A stretch of DNA of 64,000 bases from Trichoplax adhaerens. Lineage: Eukaryota > Animalia > Placozoa. The notes beneath the pieces are model-generated. The model was not told where the DNA came from. It saw only the letters and a list, made by a program, of their open reading frames with translations, and ran no database searches. Positions 39,901 through 53,500 of this stretch are shown here, in pieces; position 1 is the stretch's first letter; each line of letters opens with the position of its first letter. The DNA lies in the NCBI RefSeq assembly GCF_000150275.1, contig NW_002060948.1:4228759-4292758 (forward strand). The letters are read 5' to 3'. Both the position numbers and the translations under genes were made by a program.

Positions 39901-42900
39901 TTGGGTTCCAGTATATCCTGCAGCACATATACAATTGTATTTATTAACCAAGTTATCACAGGTTGCACCATTTAAGCACGGAGTCGATATGCATTCATTG
40001 ACATCTAAATCATTCAATTTCGACATAAGAGTTTAGCAAGTGTAGGCTAATATCTCAAATTTTACAGCATGATACGAGTGAAAAACATATGAAGAATACG
40101 TGCATGGTTACCTTGATCACAATTTATTCCTGTATATCCTGGCGCACAAGTACATGTGTAAACGTTGAGGCTAACATAAGAACAAGTACCTCCGTTCTGA
40201 CATGGTGAAGATAATCGGCATAAATTGCCATCTGGTGTAAATGAAAACAATGTTATTCATTAATTATTTTATCCAGTACACAGTACAATTTAGAATTATA
40301 TGTCATTAATTATCTTGATACAATTCATTATATATATATAGTTAAGTATTCAGAATTGATGATAGATACCAGTTTCACAATGAGCTCCTGTCCAATCAGA
40401 AGGACAATTGCAAGTGTAACTATTTACACCATCAACACATGTAGAGTAAGCATGTTGACATGGATTCGATACACATTCGTCGATATCTATCATGTAGTTT
40501 AATTAGATAGAGTAGATTAAGGGTAAGTAAATACCTCAAATACTATCAGCCAGCCTCAAGAATATATTTACGTATAATAGACACTATATTGCAGTCGAGG
40601 CTACTTTGAAAGCTGAATTTAATTAAGTAAAGTTTACTTGTGCTGCAGATCGCTCCTGTATATCCGGCTGCACATGTGCAATTATAGTAGAGATGATAGT
40701 CGTGGCATGTTGCTCCGTTAAGGCAAGGTATAGAGGTACATTCTGCAAAATCTACAAAAGCATTTTATAAAATTAGACGGAAATTAAGTCTATAAACTAT
40801 TGCAATTTCATTAAAATGTAACAGATTGTTCTGTGTTAAAGAACGCTTATTTGTTGACAAATTTTGTAAAATCTTGTTACAACAGAATCAGATTATTTAT
40901 ATTCAGCTTATTATAATAAAAGATGTAACGAATCTAACCTTGATCACAATTGGTTCCTGTATAACCAGGAGCACATGTACAAGAATAAGTAAATACTCCT
41001 GTAGCAGCACATGTAGCTCCGTTTTTACAAGGTGCACTTATGCGACATTTATTAGCGTCTAAAGAATAAATAAATAAATGTTAATATAGATCCACGTTAC
41101 GATAACTTGTAACAAGTTGTGATTATCGGTTCAGTATTAGTTACACTGTCATAATCAGTTAAGTAACGAATTACCAGTTTCGCAATGTGTACCAGTCCAA
41201 TCAGAAGGACAATTGCATGTATATCCGTTTATTCCATCAACACATGTAGCATGGGTATGCTGACATGGATTCGATGCACATTCGTCAATGTCTAGCATTA
41301 AATAGGTAAATATCGAGTCGTGTAAGAAATGGTTAAGTTGATCTTAATTATATAAGTTTTACTTGTGGTACAGATAGCTCCAGTATATCCAGCTGCACAC
41401 GTGCAATTATAATAAAGATGGTAATCGTTGCATGTTGCTCCGTTAAGGCAAGGTGTAGAGGCACATTCAGCAACATCTACAAAAGAATTAGATAAAAATT
41501 AGACGATAAATTAGAGTAATAAAGTTACAGCAATTTCATTACAATGTAACAGTTTTTCTTAGCTAAAGAACGCTTATTTGTTAACAAAAACTGTATAATC
41601 CTATTACAACATAATCAAATTGTTTATATTGATTTTATTATTAAGGATGATATAAAGAAAACAAACCTTGATCGCAATTGGTTCCTGTATAACCGGAAGT
41701 ACAAGTGCATTTATATGTGCTTACTCCTGTGGCAGCACATGTTGCTCCATTTTTACAAGGTGCACTTCTGCGACATTCATTAGCATCTAAAGAATAAATA
41801 AATGTTATTATAGATTATATTTACGTTCAATTTTAACAAATGGAGTTTATATTGGCTTAGCGTTAATCAAACTGTCATACTAAGTTAAACAACAAATTAC
41901 CAATGTCGCAATGTGTGCCAGTCCAGTCAGAAGGACACTGGCACGTATATCCATTTATTCCATCAAGACATGTAGCATAGACATGCTGGCATGGACTGGA
42001 TGCACATTCATTAATATCTGGTATTAAATTTGCAAATATTAAGTCTTTCAGCTTATATTTAAAAGCAATCGTCTATTGCAATGAGGTGTATTTAAAGTTT
42101 GAGAATAATGATCGAAACAGGATATTAACATACTTGAACTACAATCTGATCCGGTATAGCCATTAGCACAACTGCATGTATAACTGTTGACACCATCGAC
42201 ACAAGTTCCACCATTTTGGCAAGTTATACTGGCACAATCATCAATATCTAAGGATGACAGAGATGAAAACGATACATATGTAAGTGTTTTCTTTAATTTT
42301 TGCTTAAAATATCTTTTGTAACGAGTTGGATTCAGAATTCTATCGCAAGTGTATTTAAGCCATGGTATATTCTTCTAGAGAAAAATTCTTATGGAATTAT
42401 TTGCAAGCTAAGTATATTATGAACGATATGTTTCTATCTTTAATTGTGTATATTAAACCGCAATATATATGCAGATCTAATTACATATGTGAATATTTTC
42501 ACTTTATCTAATTAATAACTTTGGTTTCTTACTAGATGCGCAAGTTGATCCAGTAAAGCCAGTTTCACATGCACAAGTATAAGTATTGATTCCAGTATAG
42601 GTACATGTGCCGCTATTTTGACAAGGAGTACTCGATCGACAAAGATTTCCATCTATTTTTGTAGGAATGTAGATGAGACGTTATACTAAGTATGAATTAT
42701 TGTAAAACAGCAATTTGTTATTTAATTAATCAAATCATCTAAAGCTTATTGCAGAAATCCATTCTGACAAGGTATAAATTAATTATCCGTAGATTAAGAA
42801 TCTTACCGGTTTCACAGTTAGTCCCAGTCCATTCTTTGGGGCAGGTACAGGAATACGAATTGACGTTGTTATGACAAGTTGCATAAACATGTTGGCATGG

Positions 42901-45469
42901 ATTAGATGCACACTCGTTAATGTCTATAGTTAAAAAGTAAATATTGTAGTTAGTACGTATGAATCCAATTTCTTCCAGAGTCGGCATTTTATTATATGCG
43001 TTATAAAACAATTATTAGACTACTAGGCGATTAAAGTTACGCGTACATTCTTTATCGTAAGATAATAGTAGAAATCTTATAGTTAGTTTACGATATACCT
43101 GTTTGACAGTTTGTGCCAGTGTAGCCTGTCACGCAGGAACAAGTGTAAGCATTTGCCCCATTATTTGCACATGTGCCACCATTCTGACAGGGGGTACTAC
43201 GACAGCTATTTAAATCTAATTAAATTAAAACAAATAGTTCTTTAATAAGTATATAAGTTCATGAATTTAATACAGGCATGTATTTCGTTAATATATAGCT
43301 AAAACTGTCTTTTCGAATATCAATTAGGAACAAGGAATACCTTGAAAAAGTGATGGTTCAATTAATGCAAAAATTAAATTATATTTATAGGAACGCTTAA
43401 ACTCGAAGTTTACTTGCACTTAGAACTGCGTTTATCTGGTTAAATGTATTTAATATCTTAGATATCGTATTTATTTGAATATTATCAGATTTATAGATGC
43501 AACTCGTGCAAGTAATGGCGTATTCCTACCGGTGTTACAATCTGTCCCAGACCATGTACTTTCACAAGTAACAGAAACCTTTAATGTAAATTCGGATTTA
43601 TTATCAGTGATGGGCCGAGAACCAGTCATGGTGATTGTTGATGAAGATCCAGGTATAACATAAAATGTGCTTGAAAGTTTGTCAAGTAAGTCGTCAGCAC
43701 CATCACTATAATCTTTATCCATAGATGTAATATGTACATTGACATAGCCCTAAAGCAAAGATCTTTGTTACTCCAAAACAAATTGATAATCCAAAATAAC
43801 TTTAAGTTACATTTTTAAACACTTACTTCGTATCGTTCACTGATTGAACCTTGATAAGGATTATTTACGCCACTATCTGTTAGCGCTTGACTACTTGTGA
43901 AAGTTATAGTTTCACCGCCATCCCATACTTTAGTAGTTAGAGAACCATAAGTACATGCATCATTGATATTGCCTTTATTACTGCATAAAATGAAGTAATA
44001 GTTGCATGAAGAGAAAGTATCGCATTTGCCATTATCCCAGTTGCGTTCATTCTTGTTGTAATATTTTTGAAATTCGTAAGTGACGTAAGCATGAACATCA
44101 GCTTCAACGTACTGTAATTATTTGGAAAGGTGAGAAGAAAATATTAGGTGCTTTTACTTAAATAATCGATAATTACCGATTTTGGCACAGATACATTTAT
44201 TTAAATCCGTAGTCGATATAAATAACTAAACAAGGAATTATCAGAATTACTATGCTATCTTCAGTAAAGATAGTCTTCATGATCACAATATTGTCAACAG
44301 TTCATTGTTAATGTAAAAGACATAAGCGGAAAAGGAAAAGTTTAATATAGCAATACACAGCCGCCCCTTCTGTTACAAGGCAGTGTTGATCATGGCTGTG
44401 CTACGTTTTGAAACTATAAAGTTGAAGGTTAGGCAGTTGGGCATTATGAAAATTACATTATTAATCTTTAATTTGATGGAAATGTGTTGCATTTTTACTG
44501 CATTAGTAAAGAAAGGACTACTTGTAAGAAGAATTTTAATCTATGATTTGTAATGCAAATTCTCCCATAGTACTTCAACTTCTAACCTTTAAGCTTTTGA
44601 CCTATGAAGTTAAAAATTACTTGATTCTTTTATATTATGATACTGTGGAATTCTAACGTATAATTGTGGGTGTATAATATGTGATATTAATACTGTATTA
44701 TTAAAAGCACGTTGTCGTCGATGATGAATTTGAGTGCGAGAAAGGAATTTATTTATCTTAATACATTCTCATCCTAAAATCTGATGAAATTGATGTAGAT
44801 GTCAACATCGGGTGAAATCATGTATCTTATTGTATCTGGTATGATTGTTACCGTGATGATGAGTGTCATATCGGGCAATTGAAGCATGAATTTTTATTAT
44901 CTTTTCAGTAGGCGTATGATATTATCTATGTCTTAAAAAGTAATCATTCTAAGAAGTGCATTTGAATACGCTTCAGCGATAATAAGTAACAATCGATAAT
45001 GCATGATATTACTTTAATTTCTAATCTGAGTTGAAGTTAGTAGATAGCATGTTTTAAAGCAGCCGTAATAACATAAAGGAACTACAACATCTGGCAATTG
45101 CTTATCAATTAAAATTGTAAACGATGTTATGATACTAAAGGCATAGTATCACTTCCAATAAAGATAGAGAGTAAGTTTAAGTAATTTAAAATTTAGAATA
45201 ATGATTTTAATCCTATCAATATAATATAGGAAATTTACCAAAAATTTTCAATTATTTGGCTAACATCTGTTACTCATTAAGGTATTTTATAATAAGATAG
45301 TAGAAGCTGATATGTTATACATATATATAAGCTATGCTACATTGGGCTAAAGAAAAATATGTACGCCTTCATGCACTAGAATGTTCAGTCATATTTATTA
45401 AATTACCTGTAAATTAGATAGCGCTAGAACAGCTATTAATAGTAATAACTTGATATTGAGATGGATCAT
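27033..45469 (-). CDS. Giant Jagged/Serrate-like type I membrane protein: SP - C2/MNNL - collapsed DSL - 25 EGF - DOS - ~43 EGF - VWC - Jagged-type juxtamembrane domain - TM - cytoplasmic tail; one in-frame TGA
   Basis: About 50 GT-AG exons, with consistent phases at the junctions checked. About 70 EGF repeats counted by hand, many with Ca-binding DINEC, O-glucose (CxSxPC) and O-fucose (CxxxxTC) consensus. The C-terminal ectodomain is colinear with Jagged (DCNECSC...VWCGP...[12 protein letters not shown]). No LNR or ankyrin repeats. Confidence 0.88.
28117..29185 (-). CDS. VWC and Jagged-type juxtamembrane domain exons
   Basis: Exons 29185-29085 ([32 protein letters not shown]), 28985-28767 (VWCGPSNC...), 28566-28429 ([14 protein letters not shown]...) and 28237-28117. 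Phases join. Confidence 0.88.
36109..36538 (-). CDS. DOS motif (the two atypical EGF repeats of Delta/Serrate ligands), three small exons
   Basis: Exons 36538-36475, 36342-36281 and 36180-36109 give [66 protein letters not shown], matching the Jagged EGF1-2 cysteine pattern. Confidence 0.85.
38736..39555. repeat. Intragenic direct repeat, copy 1 (~820 bp, three EGF exons plus introns)
   Basis: Near-identical to 40775-41595 (offset 2039-2040), introns included. The ORF track shows twin shadow ORFs at 38787 and 40826. Confidence 0.95.
40775..41595. repeat. Intragenic direct repeat, copy 2
   Basis: Near-identical to 38736-39555. Confidence 0.95.
43530..44111 (-). CDS. C2/MNNL domain exons plus residual DSL loop
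   Basis: Exon 44111-43827: [43 protein letters not shown]...[10 protein letters not shown]...NNPY. Exon 43749-43530 ends [18 protein letters not shown]. Confidence 0.85.
45407..45469 (-). CDS. First coding exon (signal peptide) of Jagged-like gene
   Basis: [21 protein letters not shown] followed by a CAG|GTAATT donor in phase 0, matching the phase-0 acceptor at 44111. Likely cleavage after VEA. Confidence 0.75.
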
Positions 45470-47529
45470 TTTTGTCGAAAACCGATTTGATATGATGAAC
45501 GCTGAAGAGAAGAGACTTCAATGGTTAGTTAAATAAAATTAGTACCATGGATTAAATTTCAACCAGGGATCAAAACGATTGTAAAGATGACAAATAAAGT
45601 TTAATTATTGGTTGTATAGTATCCAATGTTTAAATCAAATTCGTAACATGAATTGATTTAAAGGTATTATAAACCGATCTATGTCGATTTAGGAAAATTT
45701 TTACGATAGTTACCAGTGCTTTAAGAACGTCAATAAGTTAATCAAGAATTAACCAAGAAATGACTGATATATGCGTTCAATCTTTGACACGAAAACAATG
45801 TAAAACTTGTTGAATGTAACGATGTTGATATGAAATTTTGCATATCATTGGCTACTATTGAGTACCGGAATACTATTGTTCTTAGTGCGATGCTATTTCA
45901 TAGTATCCAAGTCACGCGGCTGTGTTATCACTCAGGGTGGTTAAATCGCATTACGGGGCATTAATGCGTTTATGATTGACTCCAATTGCATATCAAATTT
46001 GGAAATAGCCCAACTATTATCTTGAAGACAATCAAAAAGTTGACGATTGTTCATGAGGCTATCCCTTGATTGTACTAAAACTAAAATGCTATTATTTGAC
46101 ATGGTAGTGAATGAGTCATTAATTGCCTTGTGCTTTATGGTATAATATGCTAGAATTTAATATGAATAATGTTCAACTAATCGCTACAGATCTGCTCTTG
46201 ATTTACAACGATGAAATACTTAATGGCTAAGAATGCGAGGATCACTTCTACCGCAGTTATCGATCTTCCTTTTATATATCATGTTTTTTTCATTATATGT
46301 ACAATTGAATCACGATAGTATAAGGAACATAAATTCAATAAAGGTTGGATGTCTGTGACCTAGGTATATGAGTTTAGGTGTGCTTTGTAATTGGATTTAT
46401 TAATTATTAATAGCAGGATGTATTAATGATCATGAGATAAAGGATCTCTTGAAGGAATCTAATCGATAGCCAGTGGACACGTTTGATTTCGAGATTGTTA
46501 TAATAATGGTATTTTAATTTCTAAAAATATTAATAGATTGTTCAATTTTCAAGAAATGCATACTAAATTAAATCAGTCGGAATTGTAGTTCCGAATGATA
46601 GTGATGTAAATAGTAAGATGTTGAAAAAGCTGCAAATAAATACAATACAAAGTATCCGTCAGTTTATGTGATGCAATACAACCTTCTATTCAATATTTGT
46701 AGAAAATGCTTTCGATAGAATTGCAAAGTATCTTTCTGATTAACTTTCGACTATGAACGTAAGTGTAATATGAATAATTTGGTACATCTACATTCGTATA
46801 ACTTAATATTGTTGTTAAAGGTCGACGAAGAAATTTCAAGTGCAGTAGATTATATCCTGCTATTGGATATTAATTTAGTCAAACGTTGGCACCCAAGATT
46901 TCATTTTGAACTCCATTAAATATGTTCTCAGGGCCATCAAGACAATTTAGATTAGTTTTAGTTATTCAAAGTGCTGTATATTGATTAATTCTAACATTCT
47001 CATTAATAAATGTTAAACATTAATAATTCAGATCTAACTACACGAAAAGCAAAAAGTCCAACTTGGGTGGTGTAGATTAGCATATGTCAATATTATTGTT
47101 GATGATTACGGAGAAATGGAGAATGTCTTACAATATTGCAAGTAAAGGTCAGAATAGCTTTATGTACGTAGAAAATATTCTAAATATCATAGTTACACCC
47201 TCTATTCTAGCCATTGTTGACAAACGACGAAACTTTGTTGACTGTTTTATAAAGTCAATACGTGATTGTCCTTGCAGATAACGTATATTCCTGTTGCTTG
47301 GAAACAACCATTCTAATTGTAATTTACATGAGACGATTACCTATGGTCAGTTGTTTATAATTATAGTCGCTGTCATTACGAGAATATAATCTTATTCAAT
47401 GTCTTCAACAAATCTGTAAGTGGTAGTCAATTAAATTCATGTTTTAATTGGCGGGATAGCAAGATTCCCTGTAAACCGATAAGTAGTTATTGTTATCAGA
47501 TAATACATTAGGATTTACGATCCTGTCAT

Positions 47530-48080
47530 TGTTACGGTGTTGCCTTGTCATTAGGATAGTTTACTAAGTACAGTAGTAGCTAGTATGGAGAATATCCATT
47601 TTTGTAGTACTAGGTAAGATAAGTAATGCCTTAACGTGGATGTTGTTTGTAATAGTTCATTACATACTTGATATTGATTGTTATTATGTGACAGATAGTA
47701 CTAAGATGATTCAAGTTCTAGTTGATGATAGTTGAATTAGACAACCTACGAGCTTAGATTAAGATTAAGTATAAGTAAGAGATTCAAAATATTTACTGAT
47801 AGGAAAGCTATGTAAGGAACATCTCAGTTCGAGATGTTTCTCCTAGTAAGATATAACAATAATACTGTTGTTGTTTAGAAATTAGACGGTTCCTATATAA
47901 ACGGAAACATTTTGAGTTCAGTGTTGGTAAAAAGTAGTAGATGTATCTTTGCTAATTTAAGTTTCATCTTTACAGTCTTTTGCTGAGTGTGTTTAACGTT
48001 AAGTAAAAGGGCGTTTAAGTCAGTAGCTACTCATAGACTTTTACTGTACGTTACCTTGTCGCAGAGGTGAAATTGTGACA
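47530..48080 (+). mobile_element. Solo LTR, family A (551 bp)
   Basis: TGTTAC...GTGACA termini. Flanks GTCAT/GCCAT form a 5-bp TSD with one mismatch. TATATAAA near 47893. Reverse-complement near-identity to 61212-61756. Confidence 0.85.
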
Positions 48081-48538
48081 GCCATTTATTCAGTACCGTT
48101 GGCGACCGCCTGATGAGTTAGACAGTCTAAATTCACCTTCCGTCTTCATTGTTATGTTATAAATGCCATAAGGATATTGTCCTTTTAGGTTCATAACAAA
48201 AGTTTTGAAATAGTTCAAAGCTGGATTGCCTTTAAACTGCACTAATTTATAATTACGGTCATATCTTTATTTTTAATTTCTATGTAATGATATTTTCCTG
48301 ATATGTAGACTGTATTGTGCCGGGTGATATGATGCAATTGCTATGATAGGCAACATAATAGTGGCTATGGATAATTACTATTTGCTAATTAACTTAATAC
48401 AAGTTTATTTTCCTTTATGTATACAAGGATTATCAGATAGTTTCAGTTTTTTAATAGATTTAAGTAATTTATAATTAAAGTGAAATTAGCTAATGTTAAT
48501 ATAATATTGTATAGTTTAAGATTTATTCGTTAATTATC

Positions 48539-48954
48539 TGTAAGACAGTGTAATATTGTATTCTAAGTTAATGATATATTTAGTAATGTCTACCGTAGGT
48601 GTTGTGTTCAACATGTGATAGATATTCTCGTTAGAAGCTTAAGTATTAAATATAGCTAGCTTAGTAACTGTAATCCTTTTGAAGAGGAGCGCTACAGTGC
48701 TCACACTAGAGCTTCACATGAAAGGTGTAAACTATCCTGTATGTGAGATGCTAATACTGAAGTGTGTAGTAAGTAAGGTGCTAAGACTGTAAACGCGGAA
48801 AAGTATATAAGCGAGTAGTTTAGTATAGTAAGATAGTTCTTTCTCGTTAGAGGTCCTCAGCTAATCGTTTACGTTCTATCTTCGTAAAGGAGGTTTTGTT
48901 CAATAAATCTTAATTTTCTAAAGTTTTGAAGATTCTTGACCTATCAACCTCACA
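48539..48954 (+). mobile_element. Solo LTR, family B (416 bp)
   Basis: TGTAAG...CTCACA termini. Perfect TSD TTATC at 48534-48538 and 48955-48959. TATATAA ~48804 and AATAAA ~48902. TATA and polyA contexts resemble 12735-13284. Confidence 0.75.
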
Positions 48955-50533
48955 TTATCATTTTGCAAAATTGCGATAAAAATATCATACACGAACTTTG
49001 ATTCGTTATAGAACTTTAAGATATTGCGTAAATTGCGTAAATTGGTTTTCTTGCAAAACAGATTATTATACGCCTTCATTTAAAATTATTCAACTTATAT
49101 TTAAATCTACGATTTAAGCAGTTAGTTACAGGCTTACTTTTAGCTCAATCCCACCTTGAAAGTTAAGTCGTAATGTGTATCAGAGCTAAAAATTACTATT
49201 GCACGATTTATCAATAACTACCATAGCACCTCTAATTAAACTATCGCGGTAGTTCTACTCTGTACTAAATTACTTTTCACAATCTATTAATATCTCATAA
49301 CCCTAAAGTAAGTAATGTACTACTGTAAAGTGGTAACAATGCGTACCACAGTGGCGTAATCTACTAAATAATACTTGCACAATCTTATAATGTAATATGC
49401 AATTTGAAATACTTTCCCGCCATCCTACGACTATAACGGCATTGCTATTTCAGCGGCTACACTACAAGTTGTCCTTGTTTTGAAATTTAATTTTGTTTAA
49501 ATGTCAGTGAAATCTATCAATATACGTCTAGAGTTCGTTGATTAATTTGACTTTGTTAGATCAAAATGCTACGTTAGATTATCTTGTGGTTTTTTATAAC
49601 ATGATGATATTAAGCTATATCAACAGTTTTAATAAATTAGTTGGCGCTCTAGATGTTGGGCTGATATAAAAATGTTAATCCTAAAGAGGTTTAGATGATG
49701 CATAATAGAGATGATTCCAAAATGTTGAATATTTTATGCCAAAATTGACTTTCAAATCGACAGTGTATAAGAGTAATCTTTATGATGTTCATATTAATTA
49801 TGAGTGGACTAATGACGATTTTCAGGTCATATTTGTCTTGAAACAGAACTTTCGATATCGCGAAAGAAATTTTCTGTGGCAATATTAGCCTGCACAGTTG
49901 TTGTAGTAAATCGACTCATGAATACCAAAGTATTATTCCAATATTACTCAATTAAATATTGATTAATCTTAGTCTTTGCCTGCCCAGCAAACATTCACTT
50001 GAAATAATAGCAAATAACATTTTATGTCAGTCGTATTTTACTGCATAATGCTGCTGTAGTATACCAGTAAATTAGTCTAAGATTACGATTGCTAGAATGC
50101 AATACTTAATTGGCAAAATATGATCGCGTTGAGGAAAAATCATTCTGTGACTGATTGTAAAAAACGATGAAATTACTGTTATAATTTACTTGATAATCTG
50201 ATAGTAGCTAACTAGTTCTTGGTAGTGGTAAGTTGAATCGAATATTCGTAATAAAGGCAAAGTTTACTAGAGAGTTTAGTTCTTGCTACAATATTTTTGA
50301 GAAGATATTTCATTATAGCTGCTCATAACAGGTTGATATGTGCGTATATTAATATAGGATATTCTCGCGTACGAGTACTTATTATAAGGGTTTGTTGATT
50401 CGAGAAAAGTTGAGTTACCAGCCCTTTAGATTAGCACATATGCAATAAAGGTTATATTATTCAAAGGCTTGTAAATGATTGATTGTAGTAAAGCTAAGAA
50501 GCGTAACTATCATTTTATGGCATAATTGTATAC

Positions 50534-53500
50534 CAATTTCGCAGTGCGTTCCAGACCAATCACTAGGGCAGTTGCAGCGATATCCATTTTTTTCATTTGA
50601 ACAGTTAGCATTTATATGTTGACATGGATTTGACTGGCATTCATGCGAATTTTGATATATAGAAAGCAAAATGGTATAATACTTAATTGTTTGTGGGATG
50701 ATGAAAGATTATATCATGACCAGAGCAAGAACTACGCTTAAATACGTATTAATTAATATTTACCTTCAGTACAATTTTTATCCTATGTAGACAGATAAGC
50801 TGCTGCAGTTATATGAAAACGGACTAGTCCATAGGTACAATGCTCCATTTTGGCACGAAGAATATTTTCAGCATGGATTTAAGTCTAATCGATTTAATCA
50901 ATTATTAGGTTAATTTTTATAAATAAGATAGGCATAATGAAATAATATAGATATGCTATATAAATGACTTATACTAGTAAAAGATTTTTTAAATAAAAAA
51001 GCTATAGAATGATGCTCAATCCAAAGCAGTAGTAAAAACCATATTTCAAGTATTATGATTTACTTATACATGCCAATTTCGCTGTGTATTCCAGACCAGT
51101 TAGGAGGGCGTTTACAACGATATCCATATATTTAATCAATACAACTAGCTTTCATATGGCGACGCGGATTCGAATAATATTCATTCATATCTGTATGAAA
51201 TTTTATGCATTTCAAGTTCACTTCTGTTTACTAAAATCTATACTATCATTGACTCGCCACTAATTATAATTCTTAAATAACCCATAAGTGATGTTCTGTT
51301 ATTGATTATTATTAATCTATGGAAATATTAGTTTATTTTAAGAATTTATTAGTATTGCCCATTACATAAATTTATTAGTTATGTTTTCCTAGCTAAGTAT
51401 TTTCCAGTATATCCTTCTAGACAAGGACAGCTGCAACTGTTGTGTAAATAGTGGTAGCTACCATTATTTGTGCAAGAATGGGAAAGAAATTCATCAATTT
51501 CTTTTAAAAGTATAACTATATTTTTAGCTGAAATAATTTACACAGCTTGATAAGAATCTGAAACTTTTAAGTCCTTTTGATAAGTTACTAAATGAAGTAC
51601 GAGTTCTATAAGTTGATGGCATTCTTAAAGTTATTTGTAGTATTTTTTCGATTGACATTGATCTGCTAATAATTCTAGCACATAGATGAGGCATACCTTC
51701 GGTACAATTTTTTCGTATATATCCAGCAAAGCAGTTGCAGTAGTATGATAATGGGCCAGTCCATGAGCGTGATGCTTCTATTTTACAAGGGAAGGGCTTT
51801 CGGCATGGATTAATGTCTTATCGAATAAATGGATTATGATATAATTTTTGTTTATTATATAAAGGTAATGTAAAATGTTACTTTTATGTTATAATATAAG
51901 ATTTGCTCAAAAAAAGATTAAATTAGGCAAAAATGAAAAATACTATCCTATCTGAAGTACTTTTAAAAGTGATAATTAAAGTGTTGAGATTATGTATTAA
52001 CCGATTTCGTAAAGTGTTCCAGACCTGTCCGGAGGGCAGCTACAGCGATATCCATTTATTTCGTCGGTACAGGTATCATTTACATGTTGAAAGGGATTGG
52101 ATTGACATTTATTTATATCGAAGAGAAATTACATATGTGATTTGTTACTGTTGAACTCTTAAATTGCAAACAGATAAATATTTTTCGGAAATAAAGACAT
52201 ACAGCTATTTTATCTACTATACTATAGCATAATTTAACCAACAGAATTTCCTATCTATCAGTTGTAATTTATATGTTATCATCCGTTGTCTAACCTATTA
52301 GGCAACTTGTTCCAGTATAACCTGCTCAACAGGAGCAGTTATGTAACTGTTGAGTAATTCGTAACAGCTTTCATTATTCACGCACGGCTAGGGAAGACAT
52401 TCGTTGATTTCTAAATTGAATAAATTATCAGCCCAATTGCAAGTTACGAGTGTATTATAGCATAATTGTAAATTATAAAATTATGACCTAACAGGGTTAT
52501 GAGTTAAATATCTTCAAAATAATTTTTGAATTTACTAAGTCATTTTGTTCATTTCTACGTAATAATATGTGTTTATTGTCATTGCAGTATACTAAGATGC
52601 CGTGGTGTGAGTATATTCGTGCTATTATACGCTAATATACTTTAATTTTCAGATAATGCATACCTTTGGTACAATTTTTTCCTGTATATCCACTTGAGCA
52701 ATTGCAATTATATGACATTGGTCCAGTCCACAGGCATGCTCCGTTTTGCCAAGGTGCATGAGTTCGGCAAAGATTCAAGTCTTATAATTTGAATTCGAAT
52801 GAATTTAATTTAATTACGAGGTCAAATAAGCAAAGGCTATTAACGATTAGAATGCTTAGAATAGTTGATATAATTTGTTTTCGTCGTCACTATAAGCATA
52901 GTATGTTAGCTATATTATTAAATGATGTAAAACCATTAAATAGTGTTTTAAAAAGCTGGGGAAGAAATTAAGACCAATTTTTCATACCAATATCGCAATG
53001 AGTTCCTGTCCAGTCAGAGGGGTAGTTAGATTGATATCCATTTACCTGATCAATGCAGGTGGCTTTTTTATTCTGACATGGACTGGAGTAGCTCATTAAT
53101 ATTTGCGCATTAAATGTTTTTAAAATGCATTAATCTCTTTCACAATGTTACCGGAAAATAAATTTATTTTCTTTCAATTCCCGTTCTATGGTATTGATTA
53201 TTACAGAATATTTGTAAAAATTTTTAATTACCAGTACTGAACAGATACTGCAGTATATTAAAATTTAAGATAACTTTAAGTAATTAAGGCTGATGATTTA
53301 ATTTAATTTAGTTTAATTTGCTGGTTTGGCAATTCGTTCCGTTATAGCCTGTTAAACATAAGCATTTGTAGCTGAGATGGAGATCAAGGCAGGTTCCATT
53401 AATAGCTCAAAGCTTGGGCAAACAGTCATCGATTTCTAAGGTTTGAAATCAGAAGGCATTATTTGTTGGTAAATGCCTGATATGCCTTTGGGTTGCGTTG

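Noticed and set aside
36672-43215. Regularly spaced repeats as a CRISPR-like array
   Set aside because: The repeats are GT-AG-bounded coding EGF exons in eukaryotic DNA, and there are no cas genes.
29737-43663. Many 60-170 aa plus-strand and alternate-frame ORFs
   Set aside because: They are shadows of the cysteine-rich EGF exons or intron read-through, with no independent coding signal.
44197-44280. ATG at 44280 as the start of the Jagged-like gene
   Set aside because: It runs into a stop and has weak donors. Exon 45469-45407 gives a better signal peptide, donor and phase.
27033-45469. Calling the large EGF gene Notch, Crumbs or fibropellin
   Set aside because: No LNR/NOD/ankyrin, laminin-G or CUB/avidin domains. 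It has MNNL, DOS and a Jagged-type VWC/juxtamembrane region instead.
48100-48110. TGGCGACCG primer-binding-site-like motif after the family A LTR
   Set aside because: It is about 19 nt from the LTR end and outside the TSD, and no gag/pol follows.
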